64,000 nt of DNA, from positions 16,802,001-16,866,000 of the forward strand of contig OZ024750.1 in the NCBI GenBank assembly GCA_964016885.1, read 5' to 3'. A program made the translations under genes and the position numbers. The DNA comes from Eledone cirrhosa. Taxonomy: Eukaryota. Within the stretch, counting starts at the first letter, position 1, and each line of letters starts with the position of its first letter. Under the pieces are notes generated by a model. It was given only the letters and a program-made list of their open reading frames with translations. It was not told the origin of the DNA and did not search any database. Shown piece after piece: positions 27,546 to 44,256 of this stretch.

Positions 27546-29410
27546 TTAATAATAAGAACCAGAAGATGATGATGATGATGCTGATGATGATGCTGATGAT
27601 GATGATGGTGGTGACGATGATGACGATGGTGGTGGTAACGATGATGACGATGATGATGATGGTGATGACGAAGATACTGATAGTGATGATGATGGTGAAA
27701 AAGCAACAAAAACAACACCCACAAACCTTCTTATTATCGAAGTATTGATCCCTTTATCTTTCTCATGAGAAACAATCATCTTCTCGAGAGGTTTCCATTA
27801 TTGATACATACAACATTATTGATACATACAACATACAAGTTTATTAATCTCTTCCTCCCCCTCTCTCACTCCGCCATTTTCTCTTTCACTCTCTATCTGA
27901 ACTACTCCTATTCTCTCACTCTCACAAACATACATACACATACATACACATACATACACATACATACACATACATACACATACATACACATACACACACA
28001 TCCACACTCATACATACACATACACACACATACACACTCATACATACACCTACACACATACACACTCATACATACACCTACACACATACATACGAATACA
28101 CATACACATACACATGCATGCATATGCATACAGACACATACGCACACACTTGCATAGATACGTACATATACGAACATGCGTGCACACTTACCCCCATGTA
28201 TACATATTACAAACATCTACACACATATATACATATATAAATATATACATATATACACACATCCACATATACATATATATATATATATATACATATATAA
28301 ATATATATGTATATACACACATCCACACATACATATATATACATATATCAATATATACATATTACAAACATCCACACATACATATATATATACATATAGA
28401 AATATATACATATATAAATATATATGTATATACAAACATCCACACATACATATATATACATATATAAATATGTACATATATACACACATCCACACATACA
28501 TATATATATACATATATAAATATATACATATATACATGTATATACATATATAAATATATACATATATGCACACATCCACACATACATACATATATAAATA
28601 TATACATATATACATATATACATATATACATATATACATATATACATATATAAATATATACATATATACACACATCCACACATACATATATATATAAATA
28701 TATACATATATACATGTATACATATATGCATATATACATATATACGTGTATATACATATATAAATATATACATATATACACACATACATATATATACATA
28801 TATTAATATATACATATATACATATATACATGTATATACATATATAAATATATACATATATACACACATCCACACATACATATATATAAATATATAAATA
28901 TATAAATATATACATATATACATATATACGTGTATATACATATATAAATATATACATATATACACACATCCACACATACATATATATAAATATATAAATT
29001 TATATATACATATATACATATATACATATATACAAACACACACGTGTCCCTTAACAATTCTTAAGTGTTTATTAGTCAATGACTTGAACATGTCTATTCG
29101 TGAAGAATTAACTCATCACATGGTTAGGAAGAACAAGTGAATGTATATACATATACATACATACATACATATACATACATACATATACATACATACATAC
29201 ATATATATACAGACATACACGCAAACATGCATGCATTCATTCATACATACATACATACATACATACATACATACATACATAGACACATAGACACATATAT
29301 ACAGACATACACGCAAACATACATGCATTCATACATACATACATATATAGATATATACATGCAAACATACATATGCATACATACTTATATACATTTACGC
29401 ATACACACGC

Positions 29411-29447
<37 letters not shown>

Positions 29448-29450
<3 letters not shown>

Positions 29451-29548
29451 GGTGTCTCCAAAAATGTATAGACTCTTTGATTACCAGTACAGAGAATATT
29501 TGTTAGAAAGCTGTTGAAGTGTGTATATATTTTTGGGGGGACAACCTG
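29448..29548. mobile_element. Tc1/mariner-type MITE (MITE-1)
   Basis: TA|cagggtgtctccaaaaatgtata...tatatatttttgggggggacaacctg|TA. Confidence 0.8.
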
Positions 29549-29574
29549 TATATATATAAACATATATATATACA

Positions 29575-29826
29575 TGGTGGCTGCCAACTCGTTTTCGAGT
29601 ACGGCCACTACTTTATATCCATGTAGGAGAACCCCTACCGATGCGCTGAACAAGTGTGACTTATTAGTCCAGCCAGCGACTTGAAAACTCTGGTACAAAC
29701 ACTACACTTGTGACAATTATTGATACATAGTGCTGGGCCCATGGTACCATGTGACAAGTGCAGGGAGATCTCCAGATATAAAGCAATGCCTGTGCCGTGA
29801 AGCTTTTATAGTGAGCAAAGGCACTG
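29575..29826 (-). mobile_element. 3' end of RTE-like LINE with C-terminal C2H2-like motif
   Basis: Homologous to 40537-40794, whose minus strand encodes CSVCTRVFKSLAGLKSHTRSAHR*; the 3' end runs into (TA)n. Confidence 0.65.
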
Positions 29827-29866
29827 CACAATATATAAACATATATATATATATAAACATATATAT

Positions 29867-29924
<58 letters not shown>

Positions 29925-29949
29925 TTTTAGTGTGTCCATTTTCGTTGGA

Positions 29950-30040
<91 letters not shown>

Positions 30041-30151
30041 GTATATATATATGTGTACATCCACCGAAAATGGACACACTCAAACAATGACTATAACCAA
30101 TAAAAGAGTAACTGAATAAGAGAATATCTATCTATCAATCTTTCTTTCTTC

Positions 30152-30224
<73 letters not shown>

Positions 30225-30231
30225 TACACGC

Positions 30232-30267
<36 letters not shown>

Positions 30268-30660
30268 ATACACACATAGATCTCTGTGCGTGTGTGTGTG
30301 TGTGTGCATGTGTTTCTACATATAAGAGCTGAGCGTTTGTTTTTGTCTTTGTAATGCCTGCTATCTTCGGTCCATCTTTTAAAGCCTCCTTTATTCAGCA
30401 GCTAAGGATATCTTTACATTATATCTGTCGCTATTTTACACACTACCACATATTTTTATCAACACTACACAAGAAGTCGGCCATTGCATTGCATGAACTC
30501 TCTTCAGTGGTTTGGATAGCAAAGAATATAAGACGACTGAACACCTTTTATGTTGGTTTTGCCAACCGCAAAACACAATCACATAATTTTATAATAAACA
30601 CACTCAAACACACACACATATATATATATATATGCACACACATATGCACGCACACACACG

Positions 30661-30693
<33 letters not shown>

Positions 30694-31199
30694 GTATATT
30701 CAATCTCATACACATACATAGCCAGATACATGCACTTTTTATTGCAGGTTTTTTTGTGAATGCCTTCAAATTTCATCACAACTCCCCACCACAACCACAC
30801 CACCAGGACCGACCCCATCACCACCACCAATACCATTGTTTGTTATACATACTATATAGAAGAGCTTTTGATGCTGTTTTTAAGTAAATATCAGCTTACT
30901 TTCTCTATAAGATACTATTACGCCATTACCCTATTCTCCATTTTACTATTTCGTATAGAATGTTCTGCTATTAAATATAGAGAAGTGCATTTGAAATGGC
31001 CAGAGCATTAGATTATATGACGCATTGCAGTATTTAGTATGGTCAATCTTTAGTTCACGTTCAAGCCCAGTTAAGTTCTTCTTCTCTATCAACCACCCTC
31101 CACTGATGTAGTCCCACGAAGTTTCCTTGACACTCGGCCTGTTACTCAGAATGCAGAGATCAGGAACATATATCGGCCCGCTAACGATTAGTAGCCATA

Positions 31200-31426
31200 A
31201 CAATTGTTTCTATTTTAGGCACAAGGCCAGCAATTTGAAGGGGAGAGGGGAAAGTCGATTAAATCGAGCCCATAGCATTACTGGTACTTTATTTTATCGA
31301 CCCCATACAGATGAAAGGCAAGGCTAACCTCGGCAGGAGTTGAACTTAGAACACAAAGGGCTATAACTCTATGCTGCAAAAACATGTTGTCTGACGCTCT
31401 ACCGATACTGTCAATCCACGGCCCTG

Positions 31427-31468
<42 letters not shown>

Positions 31469-31980
31469 TAGCCATGATGGTTTCTTATATTGGCACAAGG
31501 CCAACAATTTTGGGGGAAAGGATAGTCAATTAAATCGACACCCCAGTGCATTACTGGTACTTTATTTTATCGACCCCCGTAAAGATGAAAGGCAAAGTTA
31601 TCCTCGGCGGGATCTGAACTTAGATCATAAAGGGACGTAACTATGCTGGAAAGCATGGCGTCCGACCCTCTACCGATACTGCCAATCCACCGCCCTTGCC
31701 ATAATAATAATTGTTTATACTTTAGGCACAAGGCCAGCAATTACCCAGCACATTACTGGTACTTTATTTTATCGACCCCGTAAGGATGAAAGGCAAAGTT
31801 AACCTTGCCATAATAATAATGGTTTCTAATTAAGGCTATGCAGCAATTTAAGGGGACGAGAAAGTCCATGAAATCGATTTATTTTAAAAGACAACAGAAG
31901 GAATTTCACCTCAGATCATTAGGTGCTAGAAAAAATGCCACAAAGCATCTTCTCTAACGCTCAACCGATTTTGCCAATTG
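31200..31980 (-). mobile_element. Cluster of 3-4 head-to-tail SINE family A copies
   Basis: Copies at ~31200-31420, 31480-31693, 31712-31802 (truncated; TSD ccttgccataataataat at 31694 and 31803) and a degenerate one at 31820-31980. Confidence 0.85.
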
Positions 31981-32078
31981 AATAACCTTAGTAAGGATAA
32001 TTATTTCTTTTATTAGCTACAAGGCCCTAATGACCAATAAGGGAAACTAGATCTTGACAACTTCATCTCAAAACCACC

Positions 32079-32286
<208 letters not shown>

Positions 32287-32837
32287 ATATTATATATGTT
32301 TGCGTGTGCATGAGTTTATGTATTTATATATTTATATACAAACACACACTTACGCACGCACATGCACCCCCCCCCCACCCCCGCACACATTCCCCCCCCC
32401 CCCCCACCTCACCCCCACACACACACACGCGTATGCTATATGTATGTATATATATTCTTCTCCAAAACTTTTCAGGTAGGGAGTGACGCGCAGGTGCTAA
32501 AACTGACGGCGCAGGCGGACCAGGGTGCCGATTTACGAGCGGCGAGATCAAAGTCTATGCTATTCGGGTGGACTTAGTGACCAGAGAAGACTCAGGGTGG
32601 ACTTGCAGGTGCCAAACGATGGAACAGATTACCTGGAATTTACTTAATGCTGTTTCACTTTTTATTTCTTGGCAAAAGAAAAGTCACTGTAGGGGTGCGT
32701 TTTACTGCTTCTGTGTCGATGCTTTCCACGTCATCATCATCATCATCATCATCATCACCACCACCACCACCACCATCATCACCACCACCATCATCATCAT
32801 CATCATCATAATCATCATCATTACAATGACTATGATC

Positions 32838-32882
<45 letters not shown>

Positions 32883-33427
32883 GTAATCATCATTACAATG
32901 ACTATGATCACCACCACCATCATCACCATCATCATCATCATCATCATCATTACAATGACTATGATCACCACCATTATCACCATCATCATCGTCGTCATCA
33001 TCATTACCATCACTATGATCACCATCATCATCATCATCATCATCAATATCGTCCTCGTCGTCATCACGTAATCGTATTCATCACCACCATCAATATCACC
33101 ACCATCACCACCATCATCATCACCACCATCATCCCTATCATCACCACCATCATCACCACCATCATCATCACCACCATCATCCCTATCATCACCACCATCA
33201 TCACCACCACCATCACCCCTATCATCATTGGACATGTCGTGGTGGTCGTTGTGGTGGTGGTGGTGGTAGTCTTCATTGCCATCGTCCTTATCATTGTCTT
33301 CGCCATCACCACCACCATCACCACCACCATCACCGTCACCTCCATCACTTTATTCTCTTTCTCTTTAATATTGGTATTGATGATCAAGAATTGCAATCAC
33401 ACGCACACACATTCCCTCTCGTAATGC

Positions 33428-33671
<244 letters not shown>

Positions 33672-33748
33672 GCACATCCATACACGCTCCGCATAAAGGT
33701 AGGCTCTCAAGTGTGTGTGTATATATATATATATATAATATATATGTA

Positions 33749-33847
<99 letters not shown>

Positions 33848-33956
33848 TATACGTGTAGGGGTCCGACGGGAGTGACTTGCGGGTGTTGTTATGGGTGTGC
33901 GTGGGCATATATGTATATATGCACATATACGTGTGTATGGGTGTATGTGCGCGCGC

Positions 33957-34022
<66 letters not shown>

Positions 34023-34064
34023 CCTCACTCTACACACACATACACACATATACACACACATATA

Positions 34065-34138
<74 letters not shown>

Positions 34139-34441
34139 CACACACACAAATATAAGTGAGGTACCGATAGTTAGAGAGAGAGAGAGAGAGCAAGGTAAGC
34201 TAGTCTTAAAATTAACACCTGTTGGCTAATTCATTTTTGTCGGCGTGGGAGTCTGTTTACCAGGGAATACATAAATTTCAGAACCGGCTGACACTGCCCC
34301 CATACCACTTCGCCATCTTTCACAGACATAGGTACACTACTGGTAAAGACACACATTAAATCTGTATTTTTACCACTAGATCACGTATACACATTCATAC
34401 AACCATATATAGTATGCACATGTATGTGTGTGTATAAATAA

Positions 34442-34483
<42 letters not shown>

Positions 34484-34578
34484 GCATATATATGTGTATT
34501 TATATATATGTGTATTTATATATATGTGTATTTATATATATGTGTATTTATATATATATATATACACGTATATATATA

Positions 34579-34651
<73 letters not shown>

Positions 34652-34704
34652 ATGTATTTATATATATATGTTTATTTATATATATATACATGTATATATA
34701 TATT

Positions 34705-34735
<31 letters not shown>

Positions 34736-34741
34736 ACATGC

Positions 34742-34774
<33 letters not shown>

Positions 34775-34799
34775 CATATATATATCTTTTATATATATA

Positions 34800-35252
<453 letters not shown>

Positions 35253-35472
35253 TCAAATACATGTACTGCTCCAGTATGGCCGCTGGACATGGGCTGAAAC
35301 AGGTAAATCAGTGAAGCTTATTTAGTTCTGGAACTTTTTTCTTTTAACTGAATTAGAGATAAAGCGCAGCGCCTTTTGCTCTTTCTATGGCCCTTTGTGA
35401 TTACACCTAAGCTTCTATCCAGATGAGAGCGTTAAAGCTGACTAACAAATATATATGCATTATATATATATA

Positions 35473-35702
35473 ATTAAAACGCAAGAAACAGGGTTTCTTT
35501 TTTCCTTACCTTAATTTATTCATGTGTCCAGATATTTCGAAATTAATATCTCTTTATTTTCCTCGGATAAAGTGATATTAATCTCGAAATATCAGGACAT
35601 GAATAAATTAAGGTAAAATAAGAGAAACCCTATTTCTTGCGTTTTAATATTTTTCTCTGTCCAAACCTGCATTGTCGTGGCTTTCCAACTTCGAATACTT
35701 TG
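35473..35702. mobile_element. PLE-like fold-back insert (related to family X)
   Basis: Arms at ~35473-35557 and ~35567-35648; tail acctgcattgtcgtggctttccaac resembles ~41005-41030; TA-flanked. Confidence 0.6.
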
Positions 35703-35739
35703 TATATATATATATATATATATATACTATATATATATA

Positions 35740-35775
<36 letters not shown>

Positions 35776-35970
35776 AATTGAAAATGCAAGTGGAGTTGTT
35801 TTAAGAATACTTTATTTACTTTACCAGTTTCGCAGTTCTTATGATTTTCAAAAGTAAAATTGCGATGTCAGATTTGTGTTTTAACCACAACAGAAACACA
35901 AACCCTCCATCTTAATTTTACTTAATTTTAGATATTCTTAAAAGATTTCAATTGTATTTTCAAATATATA

Positions 35971-36025
<55 letters not shown>

Positions 36026-36257
36026 TATGTAAATGAATTTACTTCATGTAGAAATTATTTCTACAGGTCTGTGAGGGATCTAATTTATGTCATACGGAAA
36101 TGATTTCTGCATATGGCAAGAAAGAGTTTTAGTCCTGTAGAAGCTATATATATATATATATTGGTCTAATGATTGATTTTTTATAATGGTTAAATATGCT
36201 AATTGGGAGAGGAAATGGTATATATTTTATCTAATATTTCTAAGGACATGATTTATG

Positions 36258-36304
<47 letters not shown>

Positions 36305-36350
36305 CAGATGCGAGAGAAAAACCACAAACTCTCCATCTCAATTCTACTTT

Positions 36351-36550
36351 NNNNNNNNNNNNNNNNNNNNNNNNNNNNNNNNNNNNNNNNNNNNNNNNNN
36401 NNNNNNNNNNNNNNNNNNNNNNNNNNNNNNNNNNNNNNNNNNNNNNNNNNNNNNNNNNNNNNNNNNNNNNNNNNNNNNNNNNNNNNNNNNNNNNNNNNNN
36501 NNNNNNNNNNNNNNNNNNNNNNNNNNNNNNNNNNNNNNNNNNNNNNNNNN
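36351..36550. other. Assembly gap (200 N)
   Basis: Run of exactly 200 N. Confidence 1.
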
Positions 36551-36652
36551 CAACAACAACAATTGCGGTGGTGTGACCGTGCATATAAATGTACAGATAT
36601 TAAGCCCCGTTCACAGTAGAGGCGAGAATTAACATTAGTATAGATGCATATA

Positions 36653-36688
<36 letters not shown>

Positions 36689-36880
36689 GATGCATATATA
36701 TATATGTATATATATATATATGTATATAGATGCATAAATATATGTATATATATATATATATGTATATATATATGTATATATATATAATATAGAGAGAGAG
36801 AGAGAGATGCACATATATATATAGATGCATATATATATGTATATATCTATACATATATATACATATATAGATGCATCTAT

Positions 36881-36930
<50 letters not shown>

Positions 36931-36997
36931 TGCATATATATATATATATATATAGATGCATATATATATGTATATATATATATGCATATACATATGC

Positions 36998-37045
<48 letters not shown>

Positions 37046-37159
37046 GCATATGTATATGCATATATATACAAACATCTATATGCATATATTTATAAATACA
37101 CACACATGCATATATACATATATACATATATACACACAAACACATATATATATATATTT

Positions 37160-37197
<38 letters not shown>

Positions 37198-37387
37198 ATG
37201 TGTGTGTGTGTGTATGTGTGTGGGTGTATGGGTGTGTGTGTGTATATATATGTGTGTATATGTGTGTATGTGTGTGTGTGTGTATTTATAGAATGTACTA
37301 TGCACATACGAATTTACAATAGCACTTTTTATACTAACGGAAATAATGAGAGTTTGTAATAGAGAACGAAAAAGGATATACACATAC

Positions 37388-37439
<52 letters not shown>

Positions 37440-37470
37440 ATATATATTTTGTGTTTGCGTGTATACATAT

Positions 37471-37535
<65 letters not shown>

Positions 37536-37833
37536 TATATACATATATGTGTGTGAGTATATATATATATATGTAGAGAGAAAGAGATAGATAGATAAAG
37601 AGAGAGAGAGAGAGGGAGTGAGAGGGGGAGAGAGGGGGAGAGAGACAAGGAGAGGAAGATGTAGACGGGAGTGAGAACCCTACGTATGGAGATACATGTG
37701 TGCAATCTGTGACTATGTACCTATTTACTTAGACACACAGTGTGTATGACTTTATACTCACATATACATACACACATGCACACACATACAAACACACACA
37801 CATACACAAACTACTGTAGGTATATATACTTGT

Positions 37834-37909
<76 letters not shown>

Positions 37910-37963
37910 ATACATACACACATATACATACATATATTCGTACATATATAAATGCATACATAC

Positions 37964-37994
<31 letters not shown>

Positions 37995-38104
37995 CACTCA
38001 CTGACAACATATACGTGAATGTGTGTACATATAACAGCTGTGGATTTGTAAAATGTTTATTAGCTCTACCAACATACATGCATTTGTTGTTGAGCGTGCA
38101 TATA

Positions 38105-38227
<123 letters not shown>

Positions 38228-38539
38228 TCATTTGTGTGTGTGTATACATATATAATCAATCATGGTACTCAAACAGTGTCATTGTTTAATAAAATATAGA
38301 ACAGACACGTGTAGTAATTATAATATTGCGTTGCATACACAGGACTTGGCACCTTGCAATGTTGTTAAGAAACCCTGTGTAGATAATATATATATATAGA
38401 GAGCTAGCAATATAAACAGGCCACGTTCAAAATATAGGGTTCCAATGGTTTTATAGGTTAGGGTTAGGGTTAGGTTATATGTAAAATCATGACTCCATTT
38501 CAAACTAGGCATTAAGTATCAGTGTTACTTACATATAAG

Positions 38540-38606
<67 letters not shown>

Positions 38607-38634
38607 GGTGTGTGTATATATGTATATATGTGTA

Positions 38635-38667
<33 letters not shown>

Positions 38668-38744
38668 TACCTTGGCACTTATAATCAGACACGCATTGTC
38701 GGTCTTCCAAATATTTAAACTAATTTTCTCGTTAAATTTGTATT

Positions 38745-38778
<34 letters not shown>

Positions 38779-38799
38779 CATATATATACATATATACAT

Positions 38800-38867
<68 letters not shown>

Positions 38868-39462
38868 ATATAATCACTAATCAGTTACAAGAGTGTCATA
38901 GGGTTTAATGCCAATCCGTCTGTGTGTGTGTGTGTGTGTATGTATGTGTGTGTATGTGTGTGTGTGTATATTTATGTATATAAGTACACTCACACATACA
39001 CACATACCCACATACACACATAACTACCTATATGTCTCTACGTACCATCCAACAAGAGCCTGAGATGGAATCACAACTGGGGCGACTACAGCGAACGATA
39101 CTGAAATTCTTGCCCGAGGGTCACCTCTTGCTAACAATAATTATAATGAGCTCTTCCTTCACGAAAGAAGACCAATTCTTGCTATATTTTCATTAACTTC
39201 ACTGCTCCAGTCCCTTTGCCTCTCCTCACACTTCTACCATTCCTTGCTTGCCTTCTTCCTCATTCCTCCTTCACTGATTTCAAAACTCATTCATGCATTC
39301 ATACAGCAAACTTCTTTTGTCATTCTCTCATTCTCTTCTACTCACTCGTTTATTCATATCGTAGAAGAAAAAAAAAAAATATCTCACTCTCAGCCACACT
39401 CGTTCAAAATGAAGCTTTCAATTAGTCACTCACGCACACACTCATGCATATACGGTTGCGCG

Positions 39463-39518
<56 letters not shown>

Positions 39519-39550
39519 TACGTACAGAAACACTCATGAATACACGGTGG

Positions 39551-39622
<72 letters not shown>

Positions 39623-39794
39623 TACGTACAGAAACACTCATGAATACACGGTGGCGCGCACACACACACACAAACAAACACACACACACACACTCACATA
39701 CACACACACTCTCACGCATGCACGCTGGCGCGCACAGACACACACACTCACACTCATGCAAACACACACAAACAAACTCAAGCATACACGGTGG

Positions 39795-39847
<53 letters not shown>

Positions 39848-40002
39848 AAATATACATATGCTTGCAAACTAATATGGGTACAGACACACACATATGCATA
39901 TATGCATATATGATATCCATACACATACACAAACGAAATTAAACAAACACAGGCATACACATACACACAGAAACATACAGCCACACAGAAACACATATTC
40001 GA

Positions 40003-40034
<32 letters not shown>

Positions 40035-40258
40035 CACACACACAGACATACGTGCAGACAGACATAAATAAATATACATTCATATTGACACACAGTAACT
40101 ACTGCACATAGATTTACACTCACGCACACTTACAAATGTAGTCAAACACACACCTTTCTTTCACGCAATATTGAAGTTTTTGCATTTCCTTGCCTTTCCT
40201 CCTCTCTTGTCTCATTTCATCCACATAGCTATCTATCCATCTATCTATCTATCTATCG

Positions 40259-40301
<43 letters not shown>

Positions 40302-40302
40302 G

Positions 40303-40361
<59 letters not shown>

Positions 40362-40536
40362 AATCTAAGGTCTGCCTACCGCAATTTTCAATTTGTCAGG
40401 CTGTCTAAACGTATGTTATTACTCTAAGGCCTGACCTTATGGAGTGCTTTGCTGCTGATTCCTCATTGTAGGTCGTTATCTTGGCCACAGCCAAAGCTTC
40501 GATTTTACTAAGCTCCCACTTACTTATATATATATA

Positions 40537-40794
40537 TGGTGGCTGCCAACTCGTTTTCGAGTACGGCTACTACTTTATATCCATGTAGGAGAACCCCTAC
40601 CGATGCGCTGAACGAGTGTGACTTTTTAGTCCAGCCAGCGATTTGAAAACTCTGGTACAAACACTACACTGGTGACAATTATTGACACATAGTGCTGGGC
40701 CCATGGTACCATGTGACGACAAATGCAGAGAGAGATCTCCAGATATAAAGCAATGCCTGTGCCGTGAAGCTTTTATAGTGAGCAAAGGCTCACT
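40537..40794 (-). mobile_element. 3' end of RTE-like LINE (CxxC..F.S..GL.SH.R)
   Basis: C-terminus of ORF-track 40597..40875 is HQCSVCTRVFKSLAGLKSHTRSAHR, typical of RTE-clade ORF ends. Confidence 0.65.
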
Positions 40795-41255
<461 letters not shown>

Positions 41256-41346
41256 GATATTCAATTCAAAATTATGTTAAAAATTAACTCTAATGAATTA
41301 AATGTGATCGATACTTGTAAAGATAAAAAAGACCAATTTTCTCAAG

Positions 41347-41421
<75 letters not shown>

Positions 41422-41699
41422 GTGAGATAAATATGTCAGGTAAAGCATTTTCCATGAAAACATAATAGTAAATATAGAGTAATGTAAATGCTAAAGGGTT
41501 AAACGCATGTAGATTTTGCCACAAAAAGTAAACTTACTGCATACAATTAAGTTTAGAGCTGCTCAACACTCTATTAAAAATTACAGAAGTGGAGGTCAAC
41601 TGTGCATTAAACTGATTACTGTGAAAAACAGATATAGGAAAGGGACAGATATACGAAAGCAACTTCAAGAATAGCATAGTTTTCGTAAAACATATTGGG

Positions 41700-42033
41700 T
41701 TCGTGTTCAGCTAAAGCCGGTACCTCTCCGAATTGAAAGATCACAGTTTTGATATTATAAACATGTGGTTAGAATGTCTCAGGAAAGAATCGCTGGGCAG
41801 ATTTTTACGGGCAAAACCAACCAGCAAGAGACCCAGGGGTAGACCGCAAGCAAGTTGGTTGGATAACATTCATGGCTTGGCTGGCTCACTCTTGGGGATC
41901 CAGCCTGATTAGTTGGAGACGATAGGTTCTGACCGGACGCGCTGGAGGGAGTGTTTCAGGACTCTGGCCTCACGACCCTCTCAGAAATAAGTGGGCGCAG
42001 AAAGAAGAAGAAGAAGAAGAAGAAGAAGAAGAA

Positions 42034-42064
<31 letters not shown>

Positions 42065-42140
42065 AAGAAGAAGAAGAAGAAGAAGAAGAAGAAGAAGAAG
42101 AAGAAGAAGAAGAAGAAGAAGAAGAAGAAGAAGAAGAAGA
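41700..42140 (+). mobile_element. RTE-clade (Expander/Rex3-like) LINE 3' end with (GAA)n tail
   Basis: Degenerate translation LRIERSQF*YYKHVVRMSQERIA...KPTSKRPRGRPQASWLDNI...LGIQP...DRTRWR...RP matches the RTE RT C-terminus; (GAA)n at 42001-42140. Confidence 0.8.
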
Positions 42141-42735
42141 TATTGGGCGGTTCGGATGTGGGATGATTTATTGCAATGTATTATAGAAAGGAGGTTTAGA
42201 GTAATGAATATAGAGATGGTAAGTTAGTGTTAGTAATTCAAAGGGTTTCTGAAGAAGTACAAATTGCATGTAGAGAAACCTGTCGGATGAGAGATAACTT
42301 AACTACATCAGCTGATAACAAACATAAATTATGATAAGGTAAACAAATGCAACGAAAAATATGCAAATACACATGAATATATACGTCTCTATATATCTAA
42401 GTATATACACAGATAAACATCCAGAAACTTCACATACACGTGTATCTACTAATACAGTTAGAGACGCCAATCTTCTCATGTATGTACATTGGCTGATAAC
42501 TAACATAAAAAGACGTTAACAAACGCTTGTATGAGGTGAAACAAATGTCTCTAACTCCAAACTATTTTTACATATACAGAGGTATACCTGTGAACCCTCT
42601 GAATGTTTATACATATTTATATTTATACCCGTATATATTTACATGTTTTACACACAGAGTTACTCATTCTAGGATATACACGTTATATGGTATATCTACA
42701 CGTCCTTAACTGTATTTATTTACTATATCATAGCT

Positions 42736-42799
<64 letters not shown>

Positions 42800-42808
<9 letters not shown>

Positions 42809-42987
42809 AATGGCTTCTACAGGACTAGAACTGTTTCATTCGGGAGAAAGAAGCCCTGATAATTTCTCCCGAATTAAACAGTTCTAGTCTTGTAGAAGCC
42901 ATTTCTATATTAAATATTTATACTCTGCTATGTATTGAGTACCTTACTTACTGTGGTTACTCCTGATTGAACCCGGGATAAACTTTA

Positions 42988-42990
<3 letters not shown>
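42800..42990. mobile_element. PLE-like fold-back insert
   Basis: 50-bp arms at 42800-42849 and 42863-42912; TA-flanked; related fragment at ~36060-36146. Confidence 0.6.
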
Positions 42991-43026
<36 letters not shown>

Positions 43027-43116
43027 AATGAGTTATTTGGTTTGTTGATTATTCAACAAAGTTAATTTTATAACATATTAGAAGCACTCAACAAATTTTT
43101 TCAGGAGTGTCATTAA

Positions 43117-43287
43117 TATCAATAATATTAATAAATGGAAAATATCTTTATAAAATCATTATTATACGTATTTCAAGGGTACTAATATTTTATCTGACGA
43201 AAGCATACTTAAATATTAGTACCCTTGAAATACGTATAATAAAATAAATCTAGTTTTATAAAGATATTTTCCATTTATTAATATTAT

Positions 43288-43293
<6 letters not shown>
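43117..43293. mobile_element. PLE-like fold-back insert
   Basis: Arms at ~43117-43190 and 43211-43293; loop tatctgacgaaagcatactt; followed by (TA)n. Confidence 0.6.
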
Positions 43294-43345
<52 letters not shown>

Positions 43346-43940
43346 TTACATCGTAGCAAAGATGTTTTAGCATCTAGATATATAATTTTACATCATAGCC
43401 ACGGTGTTGTCGCAAAACATATAATAGCTAGGGTTTCCTAAGAACTGACTTGGTGAATACATACTTTTGTGAAATATCGCGGCCATATTGTAAGAATATG
43501 AGTCAAATGAATCTATTTATACAACACTCTGTTTGAATATTGAGTTCTTTTTCAGCTATGGGCTATTACGATCATAGGATCGGATTGGAACCCATGCATC
43601 TATATATTTATATATATTTATATATATATATATAGATAGATGTTCCTACATTTTCCATCTAACATACTCGCATACATATATATATATCTCAAACATACGC
43701 ACACACACACACACACACACATACACATATATATACACACACACACACACATTGTTATCTTAAGAATTGTTTTTGCCAATGTATTTCCTTCTCTATTTTT
43801 TTTTTTTTTACATTGTTTGATGTTAGCTCTTTTTTTTAGTAATAATGATGATGACGATGATGATGATAATTATGATGATCATCATCATCATCATGACAAC
43901 GTTGACGATACTACTACTACTACTACTACTGCTACTACTT

Positions 43941-43991
<51 letters not shown>

Positions 43992-44141
43992 GGTTTTCAG
44001 CTGCTATTTTAGTGTTTTTATTTTTTCATCTGCATTTTTTTCTCTTATTTTTCTCCCCCGGGGATGTTTTTAGTATTGTTCTTGTCTGTTTGTTTATTCA
44101 TTTTATATTATTTTTTTTCGAATTATTATCTTCCATTCATG

Positions 44142-44256
<115 letters not shown>

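Noticed and set aside
38455-38477. (GGGTTA)n telomere-like repeat
   Set aside because: Only ~3 units and interstitial; probably part of a small repeat element.
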